From the NCBI GenBank assembly GCA_963844035.1, contig CAWJMT010000027.1, positions 32,001 to 96,000 on the forward strand: a stretch of DNA of 64,000 nt, in the 5' to 3' direction. The position numbers and the translations under genes were made by a program. The notes beneath the pieces are model-generated. The model was not told the DNA's origin. It made no database searches and was given only the letters and a program-made list of their open reading frames with translations. This document shows, piece after piece, positions 34,207 to 45,172 of the stretch. Every line of letters begins with the position of its first letter. The stretch's first letter is position 1. This DNA is from an uncultured Gemmatimonadales bacterium (GTDB lineage: Bacteria > Gemmatimonadota > Gemmatimonadetes > Gemmatimonadales > GWC2-71-9).

Positions 34207-35938
34207 GTGCTCCTGTACCTGCTGGCATTTGCGGGCGGGATCCTGACGATCATCAGCCCCTGCATCCTGCCGGTGCTGCCCTTCGTGTTCTCCCGTGCCG
34301 ATCAACCGTTCCGGCGCAGTGGCCTCCCACTCCTGGCCGGGATGGTGCTGACGTTCGCGCTCGTGGCGACCGCGGCCACCGTGGCCGGCGCGTGGGTGGT
34401 GCGCGCGAATCAGATCGGCAGAGGACTGGCGATCGTAATGTTCACGGTCCTGGGGCTCGCGCTGCTGTTCCCGCGCGTGGCCGAATACCTGGCCCGGCCC
34501 TTCGTGCGGTTGGGCGGGCGGGTGCAGGTCAAGGAAAACGAGCTCCCCGGTGTCGGAAAGTCGCTGCTGCTCGGCGTCTCGACGGGCCTGCTCTGGGCAC
34601 CCTGCGCCGGACCGATCCTCGGGTTGATTCTCACCGGGGCGGCGATTTCAGGTGCCAGCGCCCGCACCGCCCTGTTGCTGGTCGCGTTTGCCCTTGGGGC
34701 CGGATGCTCCCTCGCACTGGCCCTGCTCGCGGGGGCGAAAGTCTTTGCCCTGATGAAACGGTCCCTGGGCACGGAAGAATGGATTCGTCGCGGCCTGGGA
34801 GTGGCGGTGCTGGTGGGCGTGGTCGCGATTGCCTCGGGGTGGGACACGGGCGTGCTGCGGCGGCTGTCCCTCGCCGGAACCTCGGGGATCGAGCAGCGCC
34901 TGGTCGATCGCGTTCAACCGGTCAAGCTCGTGTCGACAGGCGACTCGACCTTGGCACAGCGGGTGCAGGCGGCGAACGAAGGGTCGCTCCCGAGCCTCGA
35001 GGGCGCGGTCGCGTGGTTGAACTCTCCGCCGCTGACCAGTGAAGGCCTGCGAGGCAAGGTCGTTCTGATCGATTTCTGGACCTATTCGTGCATCAATTGC
35101 CTGCGGGCGATTCCCTACGTGCAAGCGTGGGCGGAGAAATACCGCGACGATGGCCTGGTGGTCATCGGCGTGCACACACCGGAGTTCGCCTTCGAGCGAG
35201 ACCACGACAACGTGGCGAACGCGGTGCGCACTCTCGCCATCACCTACCCCGTCGCGATCGACAACACGTACGCGATCTGGAAGTTGTTCCACAACATGTA
35301 CTGGCCGGCCCACTACTTTGTCGACGTGAACGGCACGATTCGCTACCACCACTTCGGAGAGGGCAAGTACGACCAGTCCGAGCAGGTGATTCAACTGCTG
35401 CTCATGGAGCGGAACGCCAGCCTCAAGGCGAGGGGTCTGGTCGACGTCCGCTCCTCGGGCGCGCAGGCCCCAGCGGCATTGGGTGACGTACGATCCCCCG
35501 AGACCTACATCGGGTTCGGACGGCAAAAGCATCTTGTCTCACCAGAGCCCGTGAAACAGAATGCCGCAGGGCTGTACACCGCCCCCGGGCAGCTCGGCCT
35601 GAACGACTGGGCCCTGGCCGGGAACTGGGAGGTCGGCCGCGAACGCGCGCTGCTCGTGACGCGCGCCGGGCAGGATCGTGTTTCGATTCCACGCCCGCGA
35701 CCTGCACCTGGTGTTGGGACCCGGAAAGGACGGCCGGCCGATCCGGTTTCGGGTCCTGGTGGACGGCAAAGCGCCGCTCGCTGACCACGGCATGGACGTG
35801 GACGACCAGGGAAATGGGACCGTGCAGGGATATCGTCTCTACCAGCTGATCCGGCAGCAGGGGAAGATCGAGGACCGGACCTTTCAGATCGAGTTCCTGG
35901 ATCCCGGCGTGGAGGCCTTCGCTTTCACCTTCGGCTGA
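34207..35938 (+). CDS. dipZ: Cytochrome c biogenesis protein DipZ (CcdA + thioredoxin + C-terminal domain; frameshift ~35665)
   Basis: SPCILPVLP, WAPCAGPILG, DFWTYSCINC, GVHTPEF, SPETYIG, ends AFAFTFG. Confidence 0.93.
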
Positions 35939-36061
35939 CCGCGGGCACTCGCTCGCGGAGGAAAGAAATCGTCACGTGTTCTTCACGCTCCTTTTCGCGT
36001 CGGGCTCGCACCTTCCCTGCGGAAACTGGTGGTACACACGGCCCATGACTCAGGGGGAACA

Positions 36062-36469
36062 ATGGCGCGAATCGGTGGAAATATTGGTCACTTCGACGCG
36101 GTCTCTCGGCGCGTGGTAGGGGCGCTCGCGGTGCTTGCCGGGCTCGCCTCGCTCAACGGGTTCTTCTGGTCCATGGGGTTCCTGACGTGGGTGCTCTTCT
36201 CCATGATGATCGCGCTGGGGTTCTTCTACATCACGGGCGGTCTGCGTGGCGGATCGGCGGTCTTCGGTATGCTGCTGATCGCGTTCACGGTGGTCGATGG
36301 TTGGCTCGCCTTGCACCACCATGGCGCGTGGGCGCTGCTGATCGGCGTGGTCGCGGCAGCGGTCGGGTACATTACCGCGGAGATCGGCTGGTGTCCGATC
36401 AATGCCCTGTTTGGGAAGGACACGCACAAGGTAGACGCGGAGTGGGGGACGCCGCACCCGGCGCACTAG
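36062..36469 (+). CDS. DUF2892/YgaP-like membrane protein, paralog 2
   Basis: Colinear with 33648..34055 (GNIGHFDA, GWCPIN, TPHPAH). Confidence 0.7.
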   Translation: MARIGGNIGHFDAVSRRVVGALAVLAGLASLNGFFWSMGFLTWVLFSMMIALGFFYITGGLRGGSAVFGMLLIAFTVVDGWLALHHHGAWALLIGVVAAAVGYITAEIGWCPINALFGKDTHKVDAEWGTPHPAH

Positions 36470-36492
36470 AAGCGCATAGGGCTCATCCCACG

Positions 36493-36525
36493 CGGCGCGT
36501 CGAGTTCAGCTCGACGCGCCGTTTT
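36493..36525 (+). terminator. Intrinsic terminator
   Basis: CGGCGCGTCGAG-TTCAG-CTCGACGCGCCG followed by TTTT. Confidence 0.8.
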
Positions 36526-36593
36526 GTCACTCCCTACAGGGCATGGAGTACCGCAGCGACCAACCGCCGAGTAGGTTGCAGCGTCGTCCACGC

Positions 36594-36667
36594 GCGCCAG
36601 TAGCTCAGCTGGATAGAGCGTCGGCCTCCGGAGCCGAAGGTCGTGGGTTCGAATCCCGCCTGGCGCA
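36594..36667 (+). tRNA. tRNA-Arg(CCG)
   Basis: TCGGC-CTCCGGA-GCCGA; GCGCCAG/CTGGCGC acceptor. Confidence 0.95.
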
Positions 36668-36674
36668 TTTCAAT

Positions 36675-38081
36675 CTAGAATAAGTCCGGATGCGAGTTCA
36701 CGGATTTCTTGCCCGTGCGGACCTTGGCTTCGTACAGCACGCGATCGGCCGCCCCGAGCAGCGACTCGACGGTATCGCCGTCCGCGGGGTACGCCGCCAC
36801 TCCCACACTCACCGTGAGGCCGGGTTTTTCACTCTCCGCCGCCAGGCGCTCGGCGATGCGGGCGCCCACCAACCGAGCCTCCGCGACCTCAGTCTCGGGA
36901 AGGATCAGCGCGAACTCGTCACCGCCGAATCGAGCGGCCGTGTCGATGCTGCGAGAGGTGGCCCGTAACACGTCGCCGAGGCGGCACAGCGCCCGGCTCC
37001 CCACCAGGTGGCCGTAGCGGTCGTTAATCTTTTTCAGCCGGTCGAGATCGAGAAACACGATCGCAAACGTCCGTCCCGACCGCTGCGTTCGCTTGATTTC
37101 CGCTTCCACGACGTCGATCAGCTGACGATAGTTCGCGAGTCCGGTGAGCGGATCGCTGATGGCGAGACGCCGGAGCCGTTCTTCCACATCCTTGCGCTCC
37201 GAGACCACCACCCCCAGCGCGAGGGACATGACCGCGGTGACGCCGATGAACGCCTGCAACAGGAGGAGCGATTCGTTTTGCGAGTCGCGCGCGAACGGTC
37301 CGAACCCGCGCACGGTGCCTGCAATGGCGAATGCCGACAACACGACGACCGCCGCCGCCACCTCGCGTTGCCCAAAGCGGAACGCCGTCCAGATCAGCAC
37401 TGGCACGCAGAGAAATTCCAACGGATAGTGGCGGAACGGCGACGCAATCAGACCGTCGAACACGGCGAGACACACCACGGCGAGGGCGACGAAGAGGGCG
37501 GTGGCTTCGAGTGCCTGACCGCGGTTCCAACCGACTTTGGGATCCGCGTTCCACAGCACCACGACGGGCGCCACGACGAGGGCACCTACCGTGTCCCCGA
37601 GCCACCAGGTCAGCCAGATACGGCCGAACTGCGACCAGTCGGCAAACCCCGCTACAGACAGAGTCGTCACACCGATCGTGGGGCTCACGGTCGTGCTGAG
37701 CAAGGCTGCGAGGATGATGAATCGGAATGTGTCGCGGGCGCGCTTGAACGCACCGCGGCCGCTGGCGAACCGGTTCACCAGGTAGGCGCCCACCAACCCT
37801 TCGAGCGTGTTCCCGATGCCGATCCCGAGCGAGGTCGCCACGGAGCCGGCGGTCGTCACGTTCACGAGAAACGCGGCGCACAGGATCGCCGGCCAGACGC
37901 GATATCCCAGGATGAGAAACGCCGCAAGCGCGATGCCGGTGGGAGGCCACACACCGGTCGCGCTCGCGTGCACGAACGCCAACTGCAGCCCGAGCTTGCC
38001 CGCAACGAAGTATGCTGCTGCGAACAGCGCCGACTGCCACACCACACGCCACCGGATCAGGGAACCCCTTACGACGTCCAT
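36675..38081 (-). CDS. MASE1-GGDEF diguanylate cyclase
   Basis: VWPPTGIALA and WWLGD (MASE1); DPLTGLAN, RSID I-site, RFGGDEF. Confidence 0.93.
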   Translation of the reverse strand: MDVVRGSLIRWRVVWQSALFAAAYFVAGKLGLQLAFVHASATGVWPPTGIALAAFLILGYRVWPAILCAAFLVNVTTAGSVATSLGIGIGNTLEGLVGAYLVNRFASGRGAFKRARDTFRFIILAALLSTTVSPTIGVTTLSVAGFADWSQFGRIWLTWWLGDTVGALVVAPVVVLWNADPKVGWNRGQALEATALFVALAVVCLAVFDGLIASPFRHYPLEFLCVPVLIWTAFRFGQREVAAAVVVLSAFAIAGTVRGFGPFARDSQNESLLLLQAFIGVTAVMSLALGVVVSERKDVEERLRRLAISDPLTGLANYRQLIDVVEAEIKRTQRSGRTFAIVFLDLDRLKKINDRYGHLVGSRALCRLGDVLRATSRSIDTAARFGGDEFALILPETEVAEARLVGARIAERLAAESEKPGLTVSVGVAAYPADGDTVESLLGAADRVLYEAKVRTGKKSVNSHPDLF

Positions 38082-38173
38082 CCGACACTTTATGCTTCCT
38101 ATTGAAAACGGGCGTGACCGCCGTCACGACACTTTCGGCTGCACGATCGCGCGAGCACAAAACGTGGCCGGGC

Positions 38174-40228
38174 TCACCAGATCTGCGCCCGCAGGCTGTC
38201 GGGCTGCACCATCGCGTCTCCATTCACGCACCCGAATGCACGCGCGAACGCCGGGATGTCGGCCAGCGGCCCGTTGGTGCGCCACTGGCCCGGCGAATGG
38301 CTGTCCGTCGTTACCAGCAGATGCGCGAATTCCGGCCGCCGCTGGTTGCGCCAGATCCGCGCCCACGCGAGGAAGAAACGCTGCTCGGCGGTGAAACCGT
38401 CGATCCTGGGCGGCGCCGGTTTCCCGGCGAGCGAGTGCTGCAGCGCCTGATAGGCAATCATCACGCCACCCAGGTCGGCGATGTTCTCCCCCAGCGTCAG
38501 CTTGCCGTTCACGCGCGCCGAATCGACCGCGATGTAGCCCGAGAACTGCCGCTCCACCAGACGCGCGCGCGCCTGGAACCGCTCACCGTCTTCGGGGGTC
38601 CACCAGTCGCGCAGGTTGCCCTCGGCGTCGTATTGCCGCCCGCGGTCGTCGAACCCGTGCGTCATCTCGTGGCCGATCACGGCACCCATCCCCCCGTAGT
38701 TGACCGCGTCGTCCGCGTCGGGATCGAAGAACGGCGGCTGCAGAATGCCGGCCGGGAAGACGATTTCGTTCATGGTGGGACTGTAGTACGCGTTGACGGT
38801 GGGCGGCGTCATCTGCCATTCGGCCCGGTCCACCGGCCCGCCAATCGTCCCGATGCGGCGCGCGGTTTCGAACTCCGTGGCCCTGCGGAGATTCGCAAGG
38901 AACGGCCCAACCTCGATCACGAGCCCCGAGTAGTCCCGCCACACGTCGGGGTAGCCGATTTTCGTCCGGAAGGCGTCGAGCTTGGCGAGCGCCTGGCGGC
39001 GGGTGGAATCACTCATCCATTCGAGCGCGGTGAGCCGCTCGCGCAACACCGCCCGCAGCTGTTCCACCATGGCCAGCGCGCGCACTTTGGCCTGCGGCGA
39101 AAACGTCCGCTCGACGTACGCCTGGCCCAGCGCGTGCCCCAGGGACCCGTCCGCACGCGCGAGGCACCGTTTCCAGCGCGGCAGCTGCTCCTTCACACCG
39201 ACCAGCACCTGCCGGAATCGAAAGCTCTCGGCGTCGAAGCGCGCACCGAGCCACGGCGCCGCCCACGACACAAGCCGTGCGCGCAAGTACACGCGCCAGT
39301 CGGCGAGCGGCACGGCGGCCAGCAACCGGTTGACCTCCTTGAAGAACCGCGGCTGGGCCACGTTGAGCTCGGAAATCGGGGGCAGGCCGGCGACGCGAAA
39401 GTAGTCGCCCCACGCGAATGCGGGCGCGATCCCCTCGAGCTCCGCGAGCGTCATCTTGTGATACGTGGCTTTGGGGTCGCGCAGCTCCACGCGGGTCATT
39501 GACGCCGTGGCGAGCGCCGTCTCGATGGTCATGCTGGTGCGGGCATCCGCCTGCGCCCGGGCGGCCGGCTCGCCGAGCAGCTCGAGCAGCCGGGCCAGAT
39601 GCTCGACGTACGCTTGCCGCAATCGCACCGAGGCCGTATCGGTCTTGGTGTAGTGATCCCGATCCGGCAGTCCCAGCCCGCCCTGGCTCACGATCGCGAT
39701 AACCTGCGTGCTCTGCTTGGCATCCTGATCGGCCCGGAAGCCGAACAGGGCCGACACTCCCGCCCGATGCAGGCGCGCGACCGCGGCGACAAGATCGGTA
39801 CGGCTGGCGATCGCGTCGATGCGGTCGAGCTCGAGGCTAAGGGGGAGCGCACCGTCCGTGTCCGCGCGCGCCGAGTCCATGCACGTCGCGTAGAAGATGC
39901 CCAGCTTGCGTGTAGGACTCCCCGGGGCCGCGCTCGTGTCGGAGACGGCGGCGTCGAGGATGCGCAGCAAGATGGTGTCGTTGCGGTCCCGCAGCTCGTC
40001 GAAACTGCTCCAGGCGGGGTACGCGGCGGGGATTGTGGTGCGTGCCCGCCAGCCGCCGGTGGCGTATTGGAAAAAGTCGCGGCAGGGTGAGCAGGTGGTG
40101 TCGAGATCGGCACGACTGAGGGTGCGGGGGGACGGGGACGACTCTACGGGCGGAGTGGAGGGAGCGGGACGGACTGTTGGGTGGCTGCAGCCAGCGGCGA
40201 GGACGCTCACCGCACTGATCATCTTCAT
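38174..40228 (-). CDS. M13 family metallopeptidase (PepO/neprilysin-like) lipoprotein
   Basis: LAAGC lipobox; VNAYY, GHEMTHGFD, GENIAD. Confidence 0.95.
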   Translation of the reverse strand: MKMISAVSVLAAGCSHPTVRPAPSTPPVESSPSPRTLSRADLDTTCSPCRDFFQYATGGWRARTTIPAAYPAWSSFDELRDRNDTILLRILDAAVSDTSAAPGSPTRKLGIFYATCMDSARADTDGALPLSLELDRIDAIASRTDLVAAVARLHRAGVSALFGFRADQDAKQSTQVIAIVSQGGLGLPDRDHYTKTDTASVRLRQAYVEHLARLLELLGEPAARAQADARTSMTIETALATASMTRVELRDPKATYHKMTLAELEGIAPAFAWGDYFRVAGLPPISELNVAQPRFFKEVNRLLAAVPLADWRVYLRARLVSWAAPWLGARFDAESFRFRQVLVGVKEQLPRWKRCLARADGSLGHALGQAYVERTFSPQAKVRALAMVEQLRAVLRERLTALEWMSDSTRRQALAKLDAFRTKIGYPDVWRDYSGLVIEVGPFLANLRRATEFETARRIGTIGGPVDRAEWQMTPPTVNAYYSPTMNEIVFPAGILQPPFFDPDADDAVNYGGMGAVIGHEMTHGFDDRGRQYDAEGNLRDWWTPEDGERFQARARLVERQFSGYIAVDSARVNGKLTLGENIADLGGVMIAYQALQHSLAGKPAPPRIDGFTAEQRFFLAWARIWRNQRRPEFAHLLVTTDSHSPGQWRTNGPLADIPAFARAFGCVNGDAMVQPDSLRAQIW

Positions 40229-40264
40229 AACGCGAAAGCCAGGCACCGGCGAACGTTAGATCGG

Positions 40265-40915
40265 CTAGAATGCCACCGCCAGTCCGATGCGGGCGAGCGA
40301 CTGCACGATCGGCACGTTCACTTCGGGACCGCCCGCCGGGTTCGTTTTTCTATCGAAGCGCTGGAAGGAATACTGCGCGGACCCCCGAAGCAGGCGCGAC
40401 CAGCGGACATCCAGCCCAAGGCCGATCTCCAACGCGATCGGAGCACTCCCGCCGCCTGAAAACTGCGCGGCCGCGAGATAGTCCCCCCGCAACCAGACAT
40501 CCGCGCCGGGCCCGAGCGGGGCCTGCGTGCGCGCGCCAATGCGCACGGCGCCCACGGACTGCGCGGCGAACTCGGAATCGGTGGAGCGATTCAGGAGACC
40601 GACTTCGAAGCCGAGGTAGTTCAGGGCCTCCCACCGCACCCAGGCGTCGATCAGGGTCGCGCGAAAGCTCTCGGTGGCCTGGCTGTCGTCGGTGGGATCC
40701 ATCTGGAGGGACACGAATGACCCTTCCGCCGTGAAGCGGTGGAAGGTGACTCGCGCTGCGGCGCCCGGCCCCAATCCGCGATAGCGCAGGCCGGCGGCGG
40801 CCTCGCGGTATTCGCTCACACCGAATTCCGGACCGAAGGTGACTCGCTGCGCGCCGACGAGGGCCGGCCAGACCGCAAGCACCACAGCGGCGAGCAGCGA
40901 CTGCCGGGGCGTCAC
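40265..40915 (-). CDS. Outer-membrane beta-barrel protein
   Basis: Signal peptide (VGAQ); C-terminal RIGLAVAF beta-signal. Confidence 0.7.
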   Translation of the reverse strand: MTPRQSLLAAVVLAVWPALVGAQRVTFGPEFGVSEYREAAAGLRYRGLGPGAAARVTFHRFTAEGSFVSLQMDPTDDSQATESFRATLIDAWVRWEALNYLGFEVGLLNRSTDSEFAAQSVGAVRIGARTQAPLGPGADVWLRGDYLAAAQFSGGGSAPIALEIGLGLDVRWSRLLRGSAQYSFQRFDRKTNPAGGPEVNVPIVQSLARIGLAVAF

Positions 40916-41958
40916 CGCGGGCCTGCGGCTTTGGGCAGCGGCACGACAGCCAGCGTCACCTGGCGGCGCCGCTCGACGTTCTCTTTCGCGATGTCGGCGT
41001 TGCGCTGCGCCAGTTGTTCGCGGAGCAGGCGGTTGTATTGGATATTTCCTTCCACCGGGCGGGGCGCGGGCTTGCGGAGCGTCATCACCACCCCCGCTCC
41101 CAGCGTCACGATGCTTACCGCCGCGAGCTCGCTGGTCGGCGCCTCCCCCAGGGTACCGTCGTTGAGGGCGGCCGTGCCGGCGGCCGTTCCCGCAACGAAC
41201 AGCAAGGCGAGCCCCAGTGGGCGCCAGCTCTGCGGCGGCACCTCGGTCTCCGGCATCTCCTGATAACCGGGCAGGCTCGTCAGGTGAGCCAGCGTGTCCA
41301 CCGGACTATAGGAGATAGCCACACCCCGGGATGCTGAGTACGTGTTCTGGCCCGCGATCGCCTCGACCACGATCAGCCACGAACCGGCCGGGACCGGGGC
41401 GCCGTCCGGCAGCAGGGCCGGCCAGCGCAGGCTCACCGTGCCCGTCACGACCGTCGAATCGATCAGCAGCGTGGTCGCCCCGCTGATCGCGCGCACCTGC
41501 ACCCGCGCCGGAGTGGTCACGGTAAATCGGAGCGGTACCGCGCCGTGTCCAGCGACGAATCGCGCGCTGTCGATTTGCAGCTCCCGCACCACCAGGACCT
41601 GTCCCAGGGCCGAGTAGAACAGACTCGTGATCTTGGGTGAGATCCGGGCGGCGTCGAGCTGGCGGTCCGGGTCGAGCAGGATCGCCTGCTTGAATGCGTC
41701 CACCGCCTTGGCCTGCGAATCGGTCGCGCTGTAGGTGAAGCCGAGCAGCTCGTACGCGCGCGCCTGATCGGCGCCGGTCATGCGCTCGGTGAGCGCGCGC
41801 CGGGCCAACGCACCCGCTCGAGCGAAATCCAAGGCGTCGTACGCCTGCATCGCCTGGCGGAGCGTGGCGTTCCGCGGCGCTTGCGCGCGCAGCACCGCCG
41901 GTCCGCCGAGCAACGCGGCACATAGGAGCGTGAGTGTCCACCAGCGCATCGGGATCAT
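40912..41958 (-). CDS. Exported TPR-containing protein
   Basis: Signal peptide; AYELLGFTY...AVDAFKQAILLDP TPR; beta-rich domain; hydrophobic hairpin near the C-terminus. Confidence 0.7.
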   Translation of the reverse strand: MIPMRWWTLTLLCAALLGGPAVLRAQAPRNATLRQAMQAYDALDFARAGALARRALTERMTGADQARAYELLGFTYSATDSQAKAVDAFKQAILLDPDRQLDAARISPKITSLFYSALGQVLVVRELQIDSARFVAGHGAVPLRFTVTTPARVQVRAISGATTLLIDSTVVTGTVSLRWPALLPDGAPVPAGSWLIVVEAIAGQNTYSASRGVAISYSPVDTLAHLTSLPGYQEMPETEVPPQSWRPLGLALLFVAGTAAGTAALNDGTLGEAPTSELAAVSIVTLGAGVVMTLRKPAPRPVEGNIQYNRLLREQLAQRNADIAKENVERRRQVTLAVVPLPKAAGPR

Positions 41959-43502
41959 CCCCCGGGGAGGAGCGTGTACCGCTTGGGCACGGTGTTGCCC
42001 GGGTCCACCTGCACCTTCTCGACAATCGTCTTGTAGCCTTCTCGAACGACTTTGATCGTGTGCGCGCCGGCGGGCACCGCGTAACGCACGACGGGTGTCG
42101 GTCCCACATCCACTCCGTCGACATACAGCTCGCCGTATGGCTCGGCGTTGACGGTGATGTAGCCCGGTGCGGCAACAGGAGGTGCGGCGACGCGCTCGCG
42201 CGGACGTTCACTCGAGGCGCGCGCCGGCGGAGGCGTGGGGACGGCATCGCGCACGCGAACGGTGTCGATGCGGGCCGCCGGCGACGCCGGGGCCTGACCG
42301 CCGCGGCTGAGCGCGAGGTAGCCACCCAAACCCACCACCGCCACCACGGCACCGGCCACCAGCAACGGTGCCTTCGATTTTTTCTGCGCCTGGGGACGCT
42401 GCCCCGCCGGAGGCGGCGCAGGGGGACCGCCGTACGCGGCCGGCAGGGGCGTCGTGGGCGCGGCCGAGATCTCGGTCGGCGCGTCGGCGCTGGCACGCGG
42501 CCGCATGGTCGGCTGCGTGACGTGCCGCCCCGATCGCGCGGCCTTCACCGGATGTTCGGGCCATACGGCGGTGGCGAAGTCCTCGGTGGTTTCGAACCGC
42601 TCGGCGGGGTCTTTCGCCATCGCCCGGGAGATCGCGGCCGAGAGATGCTCGGGCACGTCGGGCCGTCGTACCTTTGCGGCGGGGGGCGGCTCGAAGATCT
42701 GTTTGTACAGCACGGTGTGAATCGTGTCACCGCCGAACGGCAAATCGCCCGTAAGCATGCGGTAGCCCACGACGCCGAGCGAGTACTGGTCGGCACGGCC
42801 ATCCACCACAGCGCCCTTGGCCTGCTCGGGAGCCATGTAGTGGGGTGTCCCGATGATCATCCCCGTGGCGGTGAACCCGGTGGCCGCCTGCAGCGCCTTC
42901 GAGATCCCGAAGTCCGTGAGCACCACGCGTTCGTCGTGGTCGAACATGATGTTCGCGGGCTTCACGTCGCGGTGGACGACGCCGCGCTGGTGCGCATGTC
43001 CGAGCGCGCACGCGGCCTCCCACAGGACCCGCTGGACGTAGTCGGGAGCGAGCGGCTCCTGGCGCTCGAGCACGTCTTCCAGCGACGTCCCCGCCACGTA
43101 CTTCATCACGAAGTAGTTGAGCCCGCCCTCGCTCTCGACGCGATAGATCGGGATGATGTGGGGATGGTCGAGCTTGGCGGAGGTCTTCGCTTCCTGCTGG
43201 AAGCGGCGCACCACCTGCTCATCCTGCGCGATGTCGGGGGGCAGCACCTTGATGGCGACCTCGCGCTCGAGCGTGAGATCGTGCGCCAGGAACACGGCGC
43301 CCATCCCGCCTTTCCCGAGAATCCGCTCGATGCGGTACTTCCCCTCGACCGCGCGTTGCAGGCGCTGCAGCAGCACCGCGGAGCTGGTGGTGCTGGGCGG
43401 GCCGACTCCCCCAGTCTGGTCCGTCCCGCACACCGAGCAGTAGCGGCTGCTCTCGGGGAGCGGCGTGTGACAGTGCATGCACTCCACGGTGCCGTTGGTC
43501 AT
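41955..43502 (-). CDS. Hanks-type Ser/Thr kinase with Zn ribbon, TM helix and PEGA domain
   Basis: CMHC...CSVC; GKGGMG, VAIK, HRDVKPAN, DFG, GTPHYMAPE; LYVDGVDVGPTP...VVREGY. Confidence 0.93.
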   Translation of the reverse strand: MTNGTVECMHCHTPLPESSRYCSVCGTDQTGGVGPPSTTSSAVLLQRLQRAVEGKYRIERILGKGGMGAVFLAHDLTLEREVAIKVLPPDIAQDEQVVRRFQQEAKTSAKLDHPHIIPIYRVESEGGLNYFVMKYVAGTSLEDVLERQEPLAPDYVQRVLWEAACALGHAHQRGVVHRDVKPANIMFDHDERVVLTDFGISKALQAATGFTATGMIIGTPHYMAPEQAKGAVVDGRADQYSLGVVGYRMLTGDLPFGGDTIHTVLYKQIFEPPPAAKVRRPDVPEHLSAAISRAMAKDPAERFETTEDFATAVWPEHPVKAARSGRHVTQPTMRPRASADAPTEISAAPTTPLPAAYGGPPAPPPAGQRPQAQKKSKAPLLVAGAVVAVVGLGGYLALSRGGQAPASPAARIDTVRVRDAVPTPPPARASSERPRERVAAPPVAAPGYITVNAEPYGELYVDGVDVGPTPVVRYAVPAGAHTIKVVREGYKTIVEKVQVDPGNTVPKRYTLLPGG

Positions 43503-45102
43503 GGGGAACGACCGGGAGCCAGGCGGAGGAGAGGCGCGGAGACCGAGCGCGCCGCCCGGAGCGGCCTTCTTGGTCGCGGCGGGGGCGGCGCTCGGCGCGG
43601 GGAAAGCAGTCGGGCACGCGTTGGCCGCAACACAGATTTCGTAGTGGGTCGTCGTTCCCCGGTAGTCCAATATGACCAGGTAGTAGTCCCCTGCTGCGAG
43701 CCCATTCACCGTGCGGTTCACGTCCGAGATGGGCGACGTGTCGGCCATCACGACCTGCACCTGCGGCAGTGCCCGGGGTCGGCACCCTGACGAGGTACAG
43801 GTCGAGATCCTTGAGTGAATCGGGACGCACACCGGTGAACGCGTGCAGCCGGAACCGATACAGCCCAACGGACGGCACGGTGAACCGAATCCAGTCGATG
43901 TCGTGCGGGTTGACGATGGAGAGCGTGTCGCGGTACGGAAGGGTCTTCGCGCCACGGAGGTCGGCCGCAGTGCACGAGTTGTCGTCCTCATGCTTGTCGG
44001 CGGGCAGCTCACTCTGGTAGCCGGCGATCACGGTGAGCCCGTAGCGACCGGGCACCGTGTAGCCGGCGATCGCGTCGAGCGTGCCGGCCGGCAGGTTTTT
44101 GAACGCCACGATCGTCGAGTCGCCGAGCGCCTCGCTGGGCGCCCAGGCGGCGCCGTGACAGTTGTGCGACTTGGGGCCGAACGACCACGAATCCGGACCG
44201 CCGATGAAGTTGGTCCCGTCCCAGACGAGCGAGTCCGTGAGGAAGGTGAAGAAGGTGCCTGCGATCTGCGGCGCTGTGAGCACGATCGTCAGATCCCCGG
44301 TCTGCGGGTGGTTGAGGCGGTACCAGTCCGACCCCGACGGGACGTCGCGCGGCAACGCCTCGAACGCGAGCGCCGGATTGGTGAAAAGGAGCGTGGGGTA
44401 CGCAGCGAACGGTGGCGGGGCGTCGAGGTCGATCATCTGTGGGACCGTATCGTTCGGCTCGTACAGATCCTGCTCGACCACGATCGTGCTATCGCCGTGG
44501 ACATAGCCGAGCACGCCGTTGTTGCCGGTGATCCCGAGGAAAAACAGTGAGTCGGTGCGAGCCGGCGGCGGCACCCACCATTGGGAACGGACCGTTCCGG
44601 ACGCGAAAACGGTGTCCGCGAACGGCACGCGGATCAGTGCCGCTCCCTTCAGGCTCGCCGAAAAAATCGAGTCGACGCTCACACCGTAGATGCTGAGGAT
44701 CTCGCCGTAGTGCACAATCTTGGGGCGGACGCTGTCGATCTCGAGGGGCGCCGCCACGCGCAGCGTGCCGGAGGCCGCGAGCGCCTGTTTGCCGAAGTTC
44801 GCCGCCGCCGCCGTAATGATCACCGTACCGGACTTCACCCCGACGACGTGCCCGGAATTGTCCACCGTCGCGACACTGGGATCACTGCTCGACCAGACGA
44901 AGACGACGTTGGGGATCGGCTGGGAGTCGGTCGAGCTGACCATCTGCCACGCCTGGGCGGTGACAACCGTGTCGTCACCACGGAACAGGATGGACATGGG
45001 GCTGAGGCTCACATGCACGGACGCGTCCCGCTCGGTAGGGAAGATGCACCTACCGACGGTTACGGAAGCGACCAGCACTACCGCCAGGCGTCCGGCTCGC
45101 AT
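43499..45102 (-). CDS. Ig-like (Big_2) domain lipoprotein with PPC-like repeats (frameshift ~43770)
   Basis: Signal peptide with GRC; WSSSDPSVATVDNSGHV; DLYEPND, DIDWIRF, DLDLYL. Confidence 0.75.
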
Positions 45103-45172
45103 GTGCTCCAATCCGGGGAGGACCAGGGGCCCAATCTAAGAAACCCCGTTGGCTGGAGCCAATTTCGGGCCT

